64,000 bases of DNA from assembly GCA_043228905.1 (NCBI GenBank), contig JBHGNT010000012.1:12958001-13022000 (forward strand), written 5' to 3'. Shown here one piece after another: positions 12,781 through 25,007 of this stretch; position 1 is the first letter of the stretch; every line of letters starts with the position of its first letter. The notes under the pieces were generated by a model. That model saw only the letters and a program-made list of their open reading frames with translations, did not search any database and was not told the DNA's origin. This DNA is from Azolla caroliniana. Lineage: Eukaryota > Plantae > Polypodiophyta. The position numbers and the translations under genes are program-made.

Positions 12781-15208
12781 TCTGCGACATCAGAAAACAC
12801 CAACATATTCACACTCACAAAGTAACTTACAGTCTCACAAAACAACATAATGAACATGAAATATTTTCCATCGTAGAACAACATGAACATAATTATCTTG
12901 GAGAAACATCATAGAGTTCCATTACATAATGTGCTTAGAGCAACAAACAATATGGAGTTTTACTTGTCCAAATAGATCATAGTAAAACTTAATAAAACCC
13001 TAGGAAAATCGCTAACAATCATATCCCACTAATAAGTATTTCGCTCCATTTCAAGAGCCCCTTTGTTACGGGCATGACCATTTAATATCCCATGGTGAGA
13101 ATTTACCGTAGTATTCTATACACGTGGATAAGTGTGAGGGTTAAACGAGAGTGTAAAGAAGGGGAGGATTACTTTTAATCCTCCGGATTGAGACAACCCA
13201 TTAGGTCAAGTGTGAACTTGCCTGGGGGCCTTGGGTATCGCTATGAATAAGAGGCCTAGCTACCCTCATTTGATCATCTTTTTGACTACATCGAGACTCT
13301 GCTCTTATGGTGGGTCAACTCTTGTAGCGAGTGCACCAGCACTAGGTACGACTCGACGCCATGGTGATGGTATGGGACGCCGATCGAGGCTCGATTCCGT
13401 CTCGATCCCTCCGCTCGGGGGTGGTCGGGTGGATCGACACCCTTCTTTCTCTTTCTCCTTTCTATCTATCATTAGTTTATCCTTATCTTAAGCTTACTTT
13501 AGTACCTAGATCTCTAATATTTGGTATCAGAGCTATGTACTAATGTTTCTTTGTTTGTCTTTTGTCTTTTGATTGATGGTGATCGATCGATGTGCGGTCG
13601 GCCTTGATCCAGACAACGTTCACCAAAAAACTTCGGTAACTCTTTCTGTTATTTTTTTTTCTATTCTCTCTTCTCCCATCTAATCATGTCTTTAGTTTAT
13701 ATGTCTTTTTTTTTCATTAAGTCAATGATGTTGTAGTGGTCTTTAATTAATTATCTAAAACGTTTACATATGTGCACGAGCTCAATACCTCGTTTGACAT
13801 ATAAATAATATGTGATGAGTGTCGTATGCGTACGAGGTTAATACCTCAAATACGTATTATGTTCACGAACATATGTTACATTTGCGTATGAGTTTAATAC
13901 CGTGATTTGTTGTAAGGGATATGCGTTTGGTCTCGTATGCGTAAGAGGTCAATACCTCAATTGCGTATTACGATGATCTCTTATTTGTGGATGTTTCGTG
14001 TGCGTAGAGGTATATACCTTGATTACGTATCTCGATCACATCATTTGTGGCTATTTAATATAACGATATGTTTAATATAGGCATATGTGGTCACGTATAT
14101 ACGTATTTGATTGTATATATGTGATAAGTAAACATATGTGTATATTCGTTATTGCATGATTATATTGAAAGTTGTCCTTGTCGGGAAAAGGATGTTGGTG
14201 GCCGTCCTCACATTTTTGTGAGAATGGCGTTGTCACCATCCCTTTTTCAACAAATTTTGATTGTTGACAACCCCGTTGATGACCTCGATTTCGTTATGTA
14301 AAGAAACGCCTATAGCCATAATGATGTTGAGTACGTAGGGCTTGACCCACTTCAAGTGAGGTCGCTCCAATGTCACACGTATCCAACATCCCTCCCTCGT
14401 TACATGGATACGATGCCACCATGAGCTCGTTCTTACGAGAGGCATTCGTAATGACGTGACCATGTGATGGGCCACGTGGGCCTACTATGAAACGACGGCT
14501 CATTTGGCTTGACCATTAGGTTGCACTTTGGCGTATGCCATCGCAATTACGAGACTTGAGGTTAGGTAACGTACCAACATAGTTTTGGTAAATGAGGGCG
14601 AAATAAGGACCCTTGACATATATGTTCTTTTAAAAAAAACATATATGATCAAATGCCTCACATATCTCTTATACGCATCAAACATTAAGCATTCGAGAAG
14701 AGAAACTTACTTGGTTGGCTCAAGTGTTTAATGTATTTGTTCTTGAGGTCTCGAGTTCAAATATGACCAAGACCATACAACATCCTTGATACATATGACT
14801 ATAACATATGTTTAGACTTAAGGTCTAAGTGCACCTCGAGGTCCTCGTAATAGGACTTAAAGAGCCGAAACCACATATGTGGGCAAAGAAACATAGTTTA
14901 TTGTTAACATTTTTTTCGTGTATAAACTACTCATGATGCGAACATACATGGTTGAGCCTCGGGGAACCGCCATATAAAATCGATATAGAGATCAGGGAAA
15001 GACATTAAATTGTCACCCCCATGGTTTTTAAAACACCTTTGTGTTACCATAGTAACCTGATCTTGAACCTCATCTCATACGTCTAGAGGGGTATTGATGT
15101 GAGATCATGATATCGATTATTGTTTGCCCATGATATGTTTACATCACGACATGATGTTATGACTATCTCTCTGACCTTATCCTATTTCTTTTCCAGAAAT
15201 AATCTTTA

Positions 15209-16309
15209 ATGGCTCAAATTAATGACCCGATGTCATCCGCTCAAGCGGAAGGAACTCAAGGGACTCCTCTTGGACAAATGTCCACTGAGATGTATTTGGC
15301 ACAAATAAGCCAATACCTTAGTTTCACCGCTCAACAAATGACCGAACTTCAGCAATCTCAGAGTGCTCTTGAGGCACGTGTCATTAGTCTACAACGTGAG
15401 ACTAATAGACCTGATGAGCAACAAGGTGAACCATCATTTCTCATTAAGCCATTTACAGGAGACAAAAAGGAAAGAACCGAAGAAACAATCTGCACCTGGC
15501 TGGGACGATGGGAGTCTCATTTTCAGCTCTATCCCACGCCAGATAGTACGAAGATTGCATATGTCGGCCGAGAACTCGGGGGTAAGGCCGCCGCCTGGTG
15601 GCGTGGGCTTCGTACTATGGGGAAATTGCCCGATACCTGGACAGATTTTGTCACGGTTTTTAAGGGCCAATTTCTGCAACCTCCCTCTCGAACCGAGGCA
15701 GCACAAGCTTTAATGAACCTCTCTAGCAGGAAATTTTCCTCGCTAGAAGACTATGTTCACCATGCTAGAACCCAATTCCAAAAATCGGGTCTAGAAGGGG
15801 ACAATTGGTTGATAGCTTGTTTTGTCAATGGCATCCCCAATTCGGACTATCACTGGATAGTGCATGATAAGGATCCAAAATCCTTCGAAGAGGCCGTTGA
15901 AATAGTTCTTCGCTATCAACGCACTTCGAAGAAGGACCACAACAAACCCAATGAAGCGCCCGGGACTAAGAAATCACAATTTGTTGGGAAACGCAAGACA
16001 CCCAACGCATTCCTGGATCGCGATTGTAAGCAACAACATCCTTTTTGCGTATTCTGCAAAAAGAAGGGTCACACAAAAGAGCAATGTCGAAAGCTCCAAC
16101 GGAAAGAGCACGACAGCAAACCTAAAGCTTCAGACCATAAAGATCAGATTCCTAATGTCCTTCAGGTCTATACACATCATTTAAGTAATTGTCAATGTTC
16201 TTTCCCTCACTATGTATTGGGTCCCATGATTTACTACGTGCAAACAGGTATATCAATGGATCTCCTCTACAATTTTTATTTGATTCGGAAATCTCACACA
16301 ATTTTGTGA
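15209..16309 (+). CDS. Gag of family A chromovirus
   Basis: Retrotrans_gag-like LGGKAAAWW and zinc knuckle [14 protein letters not shown]. Confidence 0.8.
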   Translation: MAQINDPMSSAQAEGTQGTPLGQMSTEMYLAQISQYLSFTAQQMTELQQSQSALEARVISLQRETNRPDEQQGEPSFLIKPFTGDKKERTEETICTWLGRWESHFQLYPTPDSTKIAYVGRELGGKAAAWWRGLRTMGKLPDTWTDFVTVFKGQFLQPPSRTEAAQALMNLSSRKFSSLEDYVHHARTQFQKSGLEGDNWLIACFVNGIPNSDYHWIVHDKDPKSFEEAVEIVLRYQRTSKKDHNKPNEAPGTKKSQFVGKRKTPNAFLDRDCKQQHPFCVFCKKKGHTKEQCRKLQRKEHDSKPKASDHKDQIPNVLQVYTHHLSNCQCSFPHYVLGPMIYYVQTGISMDLLYNFYLIRKSHTIL

Positions 16310-17655
16310 ATGATCGTTTGATTCAGATATGGAGAATCCAACCCACCGTAAGTGATCACACCTACACGGTGCAGTTGGCTGATGGAAGAGTACAATACAT
16401 CAACGGGGCAATTCATTCATTAGGAATTTCTATTGATACTTATATAGAGGAACTAGACTTCCATGTAATGAATCTTTGTACCACCGATGTAATACTGGGT
16501 TATCCCTGGTTTTATAATAAAAACTCTTCTTTATTTATTGGTTGGGTTCGCCATTCCATTTCTTTTGTACTGAACGATTTTACGCATTTTATTCAATGTA
16601 TCAAAAAACAATCCCTCTCGATTGCTTCCTCGTGTTCATCAAAATCTGAGTTGTCTTGTTCTACGTTATTTTATTGTGTGCTTGATCCAGACATTCACAT
16701 TTACAATATCGATAATGTCCTGGTTCAATTAACATATTTTGAACAACAACAACTTGATGAAATCTTAAATGATTTTCATGATGTTTTTCCAAGTGAACTA
16801 CTTGATGGGTTACCTCCTAAACGTAATATAGACCATCGTATAGATATTGTACCTAGTGTTGCACCAATAAGTATACCTCCGTATCGCTTAAGTCAATCCG
16901 AAGAAGATGAGGTATTTGAGCAAATCAAGGACTATTTACGAATGGGTTATATACGTTATAGTAAATCTCCATGGGGTGCACTAGTTCCCTTGGTAAAAAA
17001 GAAAGAGGGCACATGGCGTATGTGTATTAATTACCGACGCTTGAATAAAGTGACGATCAAGAATTCGTACCCATTGCCCCGGGTTGATGATCTAATTGAC
17101 CGTCTCTAGGGAGCTCGGTATTTTACGAAACTTGATCTCCGTACTGGCTACCATCAAATACGAATAAGTGAGGACGATGTTCCTAAAACAGCATTTCGTA
17201 CGCGCTATGGCCATTACGAGTTTTTGGTTATGCCTTTTGGTTTGACCAATGCTCCGGCTACTTTTCAACAAGAAATGAATGACATTTTCCGAGAACAACT
17301 TGGAGAATTTGTCGTTATTTTCTTGGATGATATTTTAGTTTATAGCCATACATTAAAAGAACATGCTAGACATGTCCGCTTTGGTTTACAAACATTGTGT
17401 GACAAACAGTTTTATGCGAAGATCTCAAAATGTGAGTTCTTCAAGAAATCAATTACTTATCTAGGACATCTCATAACCGAACGAGGAGTTGAAATTGATC
17501 CTTTTCGCATTAAGAAAATCAAGCTTTGGCCCACTCTTCGGAATATTCGAGAAGTTCGATCATTCCTTGGTTTTGTCGGGTTTTTGCGAAAGTTTCTTCG
17601 TAATTACTCCCAATTGACGATGCCATTTACTGATCTTTTAAAAGGTCAAACACGT

Positions 17656-18543
17656 TGTCGTAGTGTAATTCGCACACTACGTTAAAAATTACATTTTTGG
17701 TCTCTTCGGATAGGGCATGGAGTACCCGGTGAGAACCGGAAGAAGGAACCGGTAAGGAGACCTGACAAGAGCCGGATGAAGAAGGCCGGTGAGAGTCGGT
17801 GAGAAACGGAAGAGGACCGGTAAGAAGGATTCGGTAAGAACTGGATAACGAAAATCGGCGAGCACCGGATTAAGCAGAACCGGAAAGAGCCGGATGAAGA
17901 AGGCCGGTGAGAGTCTCTCACCGGATGAAGAGACATATTTGTAAATAGAATAAAGTATAAATATATATATCCTACATGCATCGGGCAAGATTCGAACCTT
18001 GCACCTCCATGTTAATAATGTTAAGCCTTATCACTATACTAGCGTATTATGAATTTTAAAGTTATACTAAACTTTATCCCATGTAAAATTTCTAGACATG
18101 CATGGTACAAAAAGTTATTCATGCATAGACACTCGAGTAAAAAGAAAAGATGAGATAGAAACTAATCATGCACATGCAGTGTGCATGAAAACTAAAAATA
18201 GGAAAAGCATGATGCTTGCATGTAATAAACTTAGACTCTTCCAACACTATATAAGGAAGAGAGAAAGATGTATAGAGGTTGTTGATTATTTTACAAGGGT
18301 TGATCAATCTAATATATTCGTGGGATTCACGATTTTTTTCCATCTACTTCTCTCTTACATTCTAAGTATCAATTAATACACTATACTCGTGGGATTCATG
18401 AGTTTCATATCTTCTTTCAAATATTTTTCTTTCTTGCAATCAATTCATAAGGAGCCTTATCTCATATTCTTCTTTCTCCTAGTCCAAAACCTCAACGGTT
18501 CACACCCGACGCACGCAACGATCCGGAGCCGAAAGGCACGACA
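17656..18543 (+). mobile_element. Solo LTR (888 bp) inserted in family A pol
   Basis: Termini TGTCGT...ACGACA. 4-bp TSD ACGT. CCGG-rich repeats. TATA (CTATATAAGG, ~18248). Confidence 0.8.
17976..18045 (-). other. tRNA-like / Pol III type-2 promoter cassette, antisense within the solo LTR
   Basis: Minus strand: TAGTATAGTGA (A box) ... CAAGGTTCGAATCTTG (T-arm/B box). Confidence 0.6.
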
Positions 18544-20973
18544 ACGTAAGTCTACAAAACCTATTGTGTGGAATGCTACACTAGACCTCGCCTTTAAGGA
18601 ACTCAAGGTCCTGGTTTGCAAGGCTCCTTCACTTCTTTTACTTGATCCTTCAAAACCTTTTGACGTTGAAACCGATGCAAGTGATTATGCTATAGGTGTT
18701 GTCTTGTATCAAGATGGTAAACCAATAGCATTCGATAGTAAGAAACTTGATTCTGCTCAATGTCGGTATACCGTTCAAGAAAAGGAATTATTTGCAGTTA
18801 TACATGCGCTCAAAACATGGCGCCATTATCTTTATGGAAATCGCTTTGTGGTAACTACGGACCACGAGTCCTTGAAATATTTTTGTGACCAACAAGACCT
18901 AAAAGGTCGTAAGGCAGGATGGGCTGATCTTATCTAGGACTTTGATTTTTCCATACGATATCGTAAAAGGTTCCATGAACACTGTCACTAATGCACTAAG
19001 TCGCATCTGTGAAGTTAACATGCTTAGCTTCACTAAAATAACATCAGATCTTTATGATCACCTTCGAGGAAAATATCTTGATGACAGTTATTTTGCAAAA
19101 TATTGGGCAAGAGTTGAGTCTGGAACAGACACCACCACATCCTCGAAGGAATACTTCCACATTGCTAACGGTTTGCTCTACCGTAATGGGAAGGTTTGTG
19201 TTCCAGATTTACCCGAGGTCAAAAAGAGGATTCTTTTTTAATACCATGATGCACCCTCACCAGGGCACCCTGGAATACATCGTACACTCGTTCTCATCTC
19301 CACTCAATTTTATTGGTCTAAGATGCGTCCTGACATACATAGCTATGTGACTAAATGTCACCATTGTCAGGTTAACAAAGCCGAGCAACTTAAAGCCGCA
19401 AGACTTTTACATCCCTTGGACATTCCCAATAATAATTGGGAAAGTATATCCTTGGATTTAATTGTTAGCTTTGCTCGCACCGAAAAAGGTCATGATGCCA
19501 TCTGGGTTGTCGTTGAAGGACTAACTAAAATAGCCAGATTTATTGCTACTAGAACCACGGTAACAGCTCTTGAATTGGCTTACTAATTCATTGACGAATT
19601 ATTTCGTTTTTATGGGTTACTGATGGATATCGTGAGTGATCGAGATCCAAAGTTTACTAGTGACTTCTGGACGCAAGTCTTTAAGAAGTTAGAAACTACG
19701 TTGAGCATGAGCTCCACGGATTATCCTCAATCTGATGGACAAACAGAACGAGTAAATAAAATTATTGAGGACATGCTTCGAGCATATGTTGGTGCAAAAC
19801 CAACAAAATGGGAACGTTATCTCCCAATTTTGGAGTTTGCTTATAACAGCTCCAAGCATACGTCGACAGGATATAATCCTTTTATGTTGATGTATGGTTT
19901 TCAGCCACGAGCCCCGATTCATGTTAATATACATCATGATGAGTTGCGGAGTACGCAAAACTTTCTTTGGGATATGCAAGATATGTTGCATATTGCACGA
20001 GATAATATAAAAACAGCTCAAGATAGAGCGCGTTTTTATGGCGACCATCATAGGAAACCTCGTGTATTCAACCCTAGACAGAAGGTATTTTTACGTGTAT
20101 CTCACAATTCTAAGACATTGTCTACGGGTAAGTGCGCTAAGTTAGCCCCACGGTTTTGTGGACCTTTTATAGTCCTCAAACATATTGGGCCATCAGCCTA
20201 TCGTCTCGCTCTTCCCGATGGTGTTGGAATTCATCCGGTCTTTCATGTGAGTCATCTAAAAGAACTTCTAGGTTCTGGTGACAATACAGTTACAACTGAA
20301 ACTCTGGTTACTTCTAAAGATTTATGTTCTAAACCACATGTACCAGAAAGAATTCTCGATGTTAAAACAAAAAAGTTACGTACTAAAGATATCCGAGAAT
20401 TTAAAATTAAATGGATGGACAAATCTATCAAAGATGCCACATGGGAACGCGAGAATACTCTAAGAACAAACTTCCCTAACTTTCCATTGCAATGTTTTAA
20501 AGAAGGGGAGTATGTTACGGGCATGACCATTTAATATCCCGTGGTGAGAATTTACCGTAGTATTCTATACACGTGGATAAGTGTGAGGGTTAAACGAGAC
20601 TGTAAAGAAGGGGAGGATTACTTTTAATCCTCGGGATTGAGACAACCCATTAGGTCAAGTGTGAACTTGCCTGGGGGCCTTGGGTATCGTTATAAATAAG
20701 AGGCCGAGCTACCCTCATTTGATCATCTTTTTTACTACATCGAGACTCTGCTCCTGTGGTGGGTCAACTCTTGTAGCGAGTGTGCCAGCACCAGGTACGA
20801 CTTGACGCCACGGGGGTGGTATGGGACACCGATCGAGGCTCGAGTCCGTCTCGATCCCTTCGCTCGGGGGTGGTCGGGTGGATCAGCACCCTTCTTTCTC
20901 TTTCTCCTTTCTATCTATCATTAGTTTATCCTTATCTTAAGCTTACTTTAGTACCTAGATCTCTAATACCCTT

Positions 20974-21490
20974 GACCGAGAAATTGGTCTTGTCCCCGAT
21001 CGTGGCCCCTTCTTCAGCCTTTTTCTAGTTGGTTGCCCATTTAGCCTTGCTTCTTTGACCCATTGCGCAAGTGTCTCCTCCTCCGACAGCCTTTCCATCA
21101 CCTCATGAGCGGCTTGTAGGTAAACCACATCTTGTACTAGCTTTTCCAGTACAATGGGATCAGTTTGGACATTATCAGTAGTTGGGCTCAGTGGGGTGGA
21201 ATCAATGTTTTGGGATTCGAAGAAATGTTGCATCAAGTGTTCAAAAACACTATTGTTATGAACCTCAGATTTACATGTTGTTTCCAATATTTCATGGCTT
21301 TTCACATCGTTGCCTAATTCATTACCATCTTCCAAAAGAATAGGGTGGAGTTGATCTGAAGGAGATGTGATAGCAGGACTCTTACTTTCAGCCACGTTGG
21401 CAACTATCTCCTCATCGGTTGCAGCGTCATCAGCACCAGACACCTCATGCGCCCTCCTTAATCCACAAGATTCTACAACAACATGGTCGC
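20974..21490 (-). pseudogene. Acidic low-complexity ORF fragment, probably an upstream exon of the NIF-like gene split by the family A insertion
   Basis: ORF 20955..21503 runs into the LTR. Same strand as the NIF remnant on the other side of the TSD. Confidence 0.35.
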
Positions 21491-22410
21491 TAATTAGGTA
21501 CATCTTAGCTAACTAGCTATTCTTCTAGACTATGACAGTAGCTAATTAGCTACCATTGAGCTAATTAGCTACTTCGCCTAGGTATGGTACAAGTTAATTA
21601 GCTACTACACTACAACCTAGTACCAACTAATTAGCCACTATAACTAAAGTATGGTAGTAGCTAATTAGCTACCACTTAGCTAATTCGCTACTACACTACA
21701 ACCTGGTACTAGTTAATTAGCCACTATAACTAAAGTATGGTAGTAGCTAATTAGCTACCACTTAGCTAATTAGTTATTGTACTAAACTATGGTAGCAGCT
21801 AATTAGCTACTCTACTAAACTATGGTAATAGCTAATTAGCTACCACTTAGCTAATTTGCTACTCAACTAAAGTATGGTATTCGCTAATTAGCTACTATAC
21901 TAAAGTATGGTATTAGCTAATTAGTCATTATAACTAAAGTATCGTAGTAGCTAATTCTCCCACTTAGCTAATTAGCTACTATACTAAACTATGGAAATAC
22001 CTAATTAGCTATGTGCTAGCTAATTAGCTACTGTACGAAACTATGGAAATACCTAATTAGCTATGTGGTACCTAATTACCTACTTAGCTAACGTATGGTA
22101 GTAGCTAGTTAACTACCACTTAGATAATTACCTATTGTACTAAACTATGATAATAGCTAATTAGCTACCACTTACATAATGAGTTACTCAGCTAAAGTAT
22201 GGTATTCGCTAGTTAGCCACCACTTAGCTAATTTGCTACTATACTAAAGTATGGTACTATCTAATTAGCTACTATACTAAACTATAGTAATACCTTATTA
22301 GCTATGTCGTAGTAGCTAGTTAGCTACCACTTAGCTAATTACCTATTGTACTAAACTATGGTAGTAGCTAATTAGCTACACTTACATAATTAGCTACTCA
22401 GCTATAGTAA
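21488..22410. repeat. Palindromic TAGCTAATTAGCTA minisatellite array
   Basis: Same units as 9660..10465. Confidence 0.9.
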
Positions 22411-22411
22411 G

Positions 22412-22537
22412 GTCTCCCTCTCTTCGTCGATCGCGCCTCTCCTCTTCGCGATCTCGTCCTATAGATCTAGCATTGGCCGTGCCGCAGGCGGCTAACATGA
22501 TAACCGCCATGAGGAATATGATAGTGAGCTTCGCCAT
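22412..22537 (-). pseudogene. 2S albumin-like storage protein copy 1 (signal-peptide stub, 3' truncated)
   Basis: MAKLTIIFLMAVIMLAACG start with intact promoter. Cut off at the minisatellite. Confidence 0.75.
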
Positions 22538-23675
22538 TGCTTGTGTTCGGAACTACCCCGGTTCTCTCTCCGCCTATTTGAGTGTGTCATGGTTGATCCA
22601 CCCTTATATACACAAGGCCATGCATGTCTAGTAGATGCATGTCCCTTCCCACGTCCATTCCTATGGATGTTAATTGCATGATCCATACTTGGGCCACGGA
22701 AGAGACCATTCATTTTTCACCACCCCCCTTTATGTGTCCAGGATCCTCCTCCTTCGACCTACCATATCACTAGCCACATACTCACCTCCATCACACCAGG
22801 AGTGGGATTATGCACTTGGGCATTTCAAATCTACTAACCTATGGACGCTTCGTCCATATTGCAACGTAGACAATATGTAACCTCAGGATAGCCACCTACA
22901 CATGTGATGCCATTGAGGTTCTAGAGTGCGTATCGGCCTCGTAAAACAAGGATAAGGTGGTGAGAAAAGGTTTTTAGGGTGTTGGTTCTCTCCACGAATA
23001 CGTTTTTGACGGTTGTGGCCATGAGGGAGTTTAGAATCGATTGTGACCAGCATACGGACGATGACACACGTTTTCATTGTGATTACAAGATCCGTCGTCG
23101 CTATGGATGCTACAACACCTGAGGAATATGAAGGTGACACCATTAAAGGACAACATTTCTAGGTGAAACGTGCGTGGGCTGGTGCACACGATGATGAAAA
23201 TGGTAGATAGACATGGGAATGTCATGTGGAATCATATTCGTAGTAGGAGTTACAATCAGCCACTACTATTGCGCACATCATGGTACGGCGAGACACGACA
23301 TTGTATGAGGGTGACTTCAATACAACATTGTGATGGCATCGACGTTTGACGAGTTTCGCGTTGCTCGTGAGAGAGATAGCGATAGATCAATAGAGATAGA
23401 TATAGGTAGGGTGGGACTGGGTAGTGTGTGTGTGGGCATGCTACCTAATCATGTGTGCGTGAGAAACCGTGCGTGTGGAGTTTCATTTTGCTTGTGCAAT
23501 GAGCGAGCGAGGGCACACGACTTGATCGTGTGTGTGTGCATGCATGCGTGTGTGTGTGTTGTGCGCGAGCATGGGAAAAATATGATTGAGAGGGTTATGA
23601 GAATGTCCAGACATCACAGAGCACACCATTTACGATGTTCAAAAAGTGTATAGTTGAAAAAGTTATGTACGTTCT

Positions 23676-24644
23676 TTAAAAGTGGCGAATACAAGCGTGT
23701 GGGCGAAGATCACATTGTTGGAGAAGGCGAGAGGTTGCCATGCTTAGAAGTTGTTCCTCCTCATTGGCCTTGAAACGACGACGTTGTTCCTCATCTTGTC
23801 GTCCGGTCATGCGATAACGACGCTCGTCCTCCTCGCGCCTACTACTGTCTCTCTCTCCTTGGCATCCTCTTCCCATTGACGACGTTCCCTGGACACTTGG
23901 CTCTGGCAGTGACCATCATGGCGTGCCTCTTCTCCGCTAATGTATAAGGCTTCGCGGAGCCGGTTGCAACGCTCTTCTATGGGGATTTGTTCTACGTTCC
24001 TTGTAGCATATTTCGGAGGGCCTTGCATATCGGCTGATTTCATCCCAAGAGGTGCGACGGCTTCGTCCACGTTCTTCCTTATCATTACGTTCTTGTAGGT
24101 GGCTGACTTGCCTATCGACGAAGTTTTGGCACTCTTGCCTCAACTCTCGGTCTCGTGGCTCATCGCGATCGCGACTACGAGGATCCCGATCCTCTTCTGA
24201 CTCTCTCCTATTGTCTCTGTGACGTCCTTCTTCGAGGGATCCTTCACGACGTCGGTCGCGCCTCTCGTCACGTGACTCATCATGATCATGACTGCGATGA
24301 TCCCGTTCCTCTTCGGACTCTCTCTTGTTGTCTCCGTAGTGCCCCTCCTCGATGGACCCCTCGCGACGTCCCCCGTGCCTCTCCTCATCGAAATCCTCCT
24401 CCTTGCGTTGATCACGACTGCGACGATCCCGGTCCTCATCCGACTCTCTCTTGTTGCCTCTGTAGTGCCTCTCATCGATGGATCCCTCATGGCATCCGCC
24501 ACGCCTCTCCTCTTCGACATCCTCCTCCCTACATCGATCAAGTCTCTCCTCTTCCTGATCCCGTCCTACAGATCTAGCATTGGCCGCACCGCAGGCGGCT
24601 AGCATGATAACCGCCATGAGGAATATGATAGTGAGCTTTGCCAT
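23676..24644 (-). pseudogene. 2S albumin-like (prolamin superfamily) Arg/Glu-rich storage protein copy 2, frameshifted
   Basis: Signal peptide, R/E/D-rich repeats, RQECQNFV, [CC]RNVEQIPIEERC, ATSRLLQQCDLRPHAC. Split across ORFs 23937..24644, 23807..24085 and 23676..23876. Confidence 0.8.
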
Positions 24645-24710
24645 TGCTTGTGTTCGGAACTACCCCGGTTCTCTCTCCGCCTATTTGAGTGTGTCATGGT
24701 TGATCCACCC

Positions 24711-24830
24711 TTATATACACAAGGCCATGCATGTCCCTTCCCACGTCCATTCCTATGGACGTTAATGGCATGATCTATACTTGGGCCACGGAAGAGACCA
24801 TTCACTTTTCACCACCCCCCTTTACGTGTC
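24711..24830 (-). promoter_or_regulatory. Storage-gene promoter: TATA, RY element, ACGT boxes/ABRE
   Basis: TATATAA (24717..24711), CATGCATG 24726..24733, CCACGTC 24741, ACGTGTC 24824..24830. Repeated upstream of each copy. Confidence 0.7.
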
Positions 24831-25007
24831 CAGGATCCTCCTCTTTCGACCTACCATATCACTAGCCCTATACTCACCTCTATCACACCAAGAGTGGGAT
24901 TATGCACTTGGGCATTTTAAAATCTACTAACCTATGGACACTTCGTCCATATTGCAACGTAGACAGTATGTAACCTCATGATAGCCACCTACACATGTGA
25001 TGCCATT

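Larger units (their letters stand above)
16189..20534 (+). pseudogene. Pol of family A (PR, RT, RNaseH, IN, chromodomain), with stops and a solo-LTR insertion
   Basis: [45 protein letters not shown]...IKW...ATWE. Confidence 0.9.
13064..20968 (+). mobile_element. Ty3/gypsy chromovirus, family A (group II chromodomain), full length
   Basis: 456-bp LTRs 13064..13519 and 20513..20968. TSD CCCTT. PBS TGGTATCAGAGC 13522..13533. PPT AAAGAAGGGGAG. gag-PR-RT-RH-IN-chromodomain order. Confidence 0.95.

Noticed and set aside
13231-13543. Small ORFs recurring in family A LTRs
   Set aside because: Recurrence reflects LTR copy number; no protein motif, and frames vary between copies.
16189-16309. Programmed -1 gag/pol frameshift in family A
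   Set aside because: No clear slippery heptamer, the copy is decayed, and no second copy of this region is in the window.
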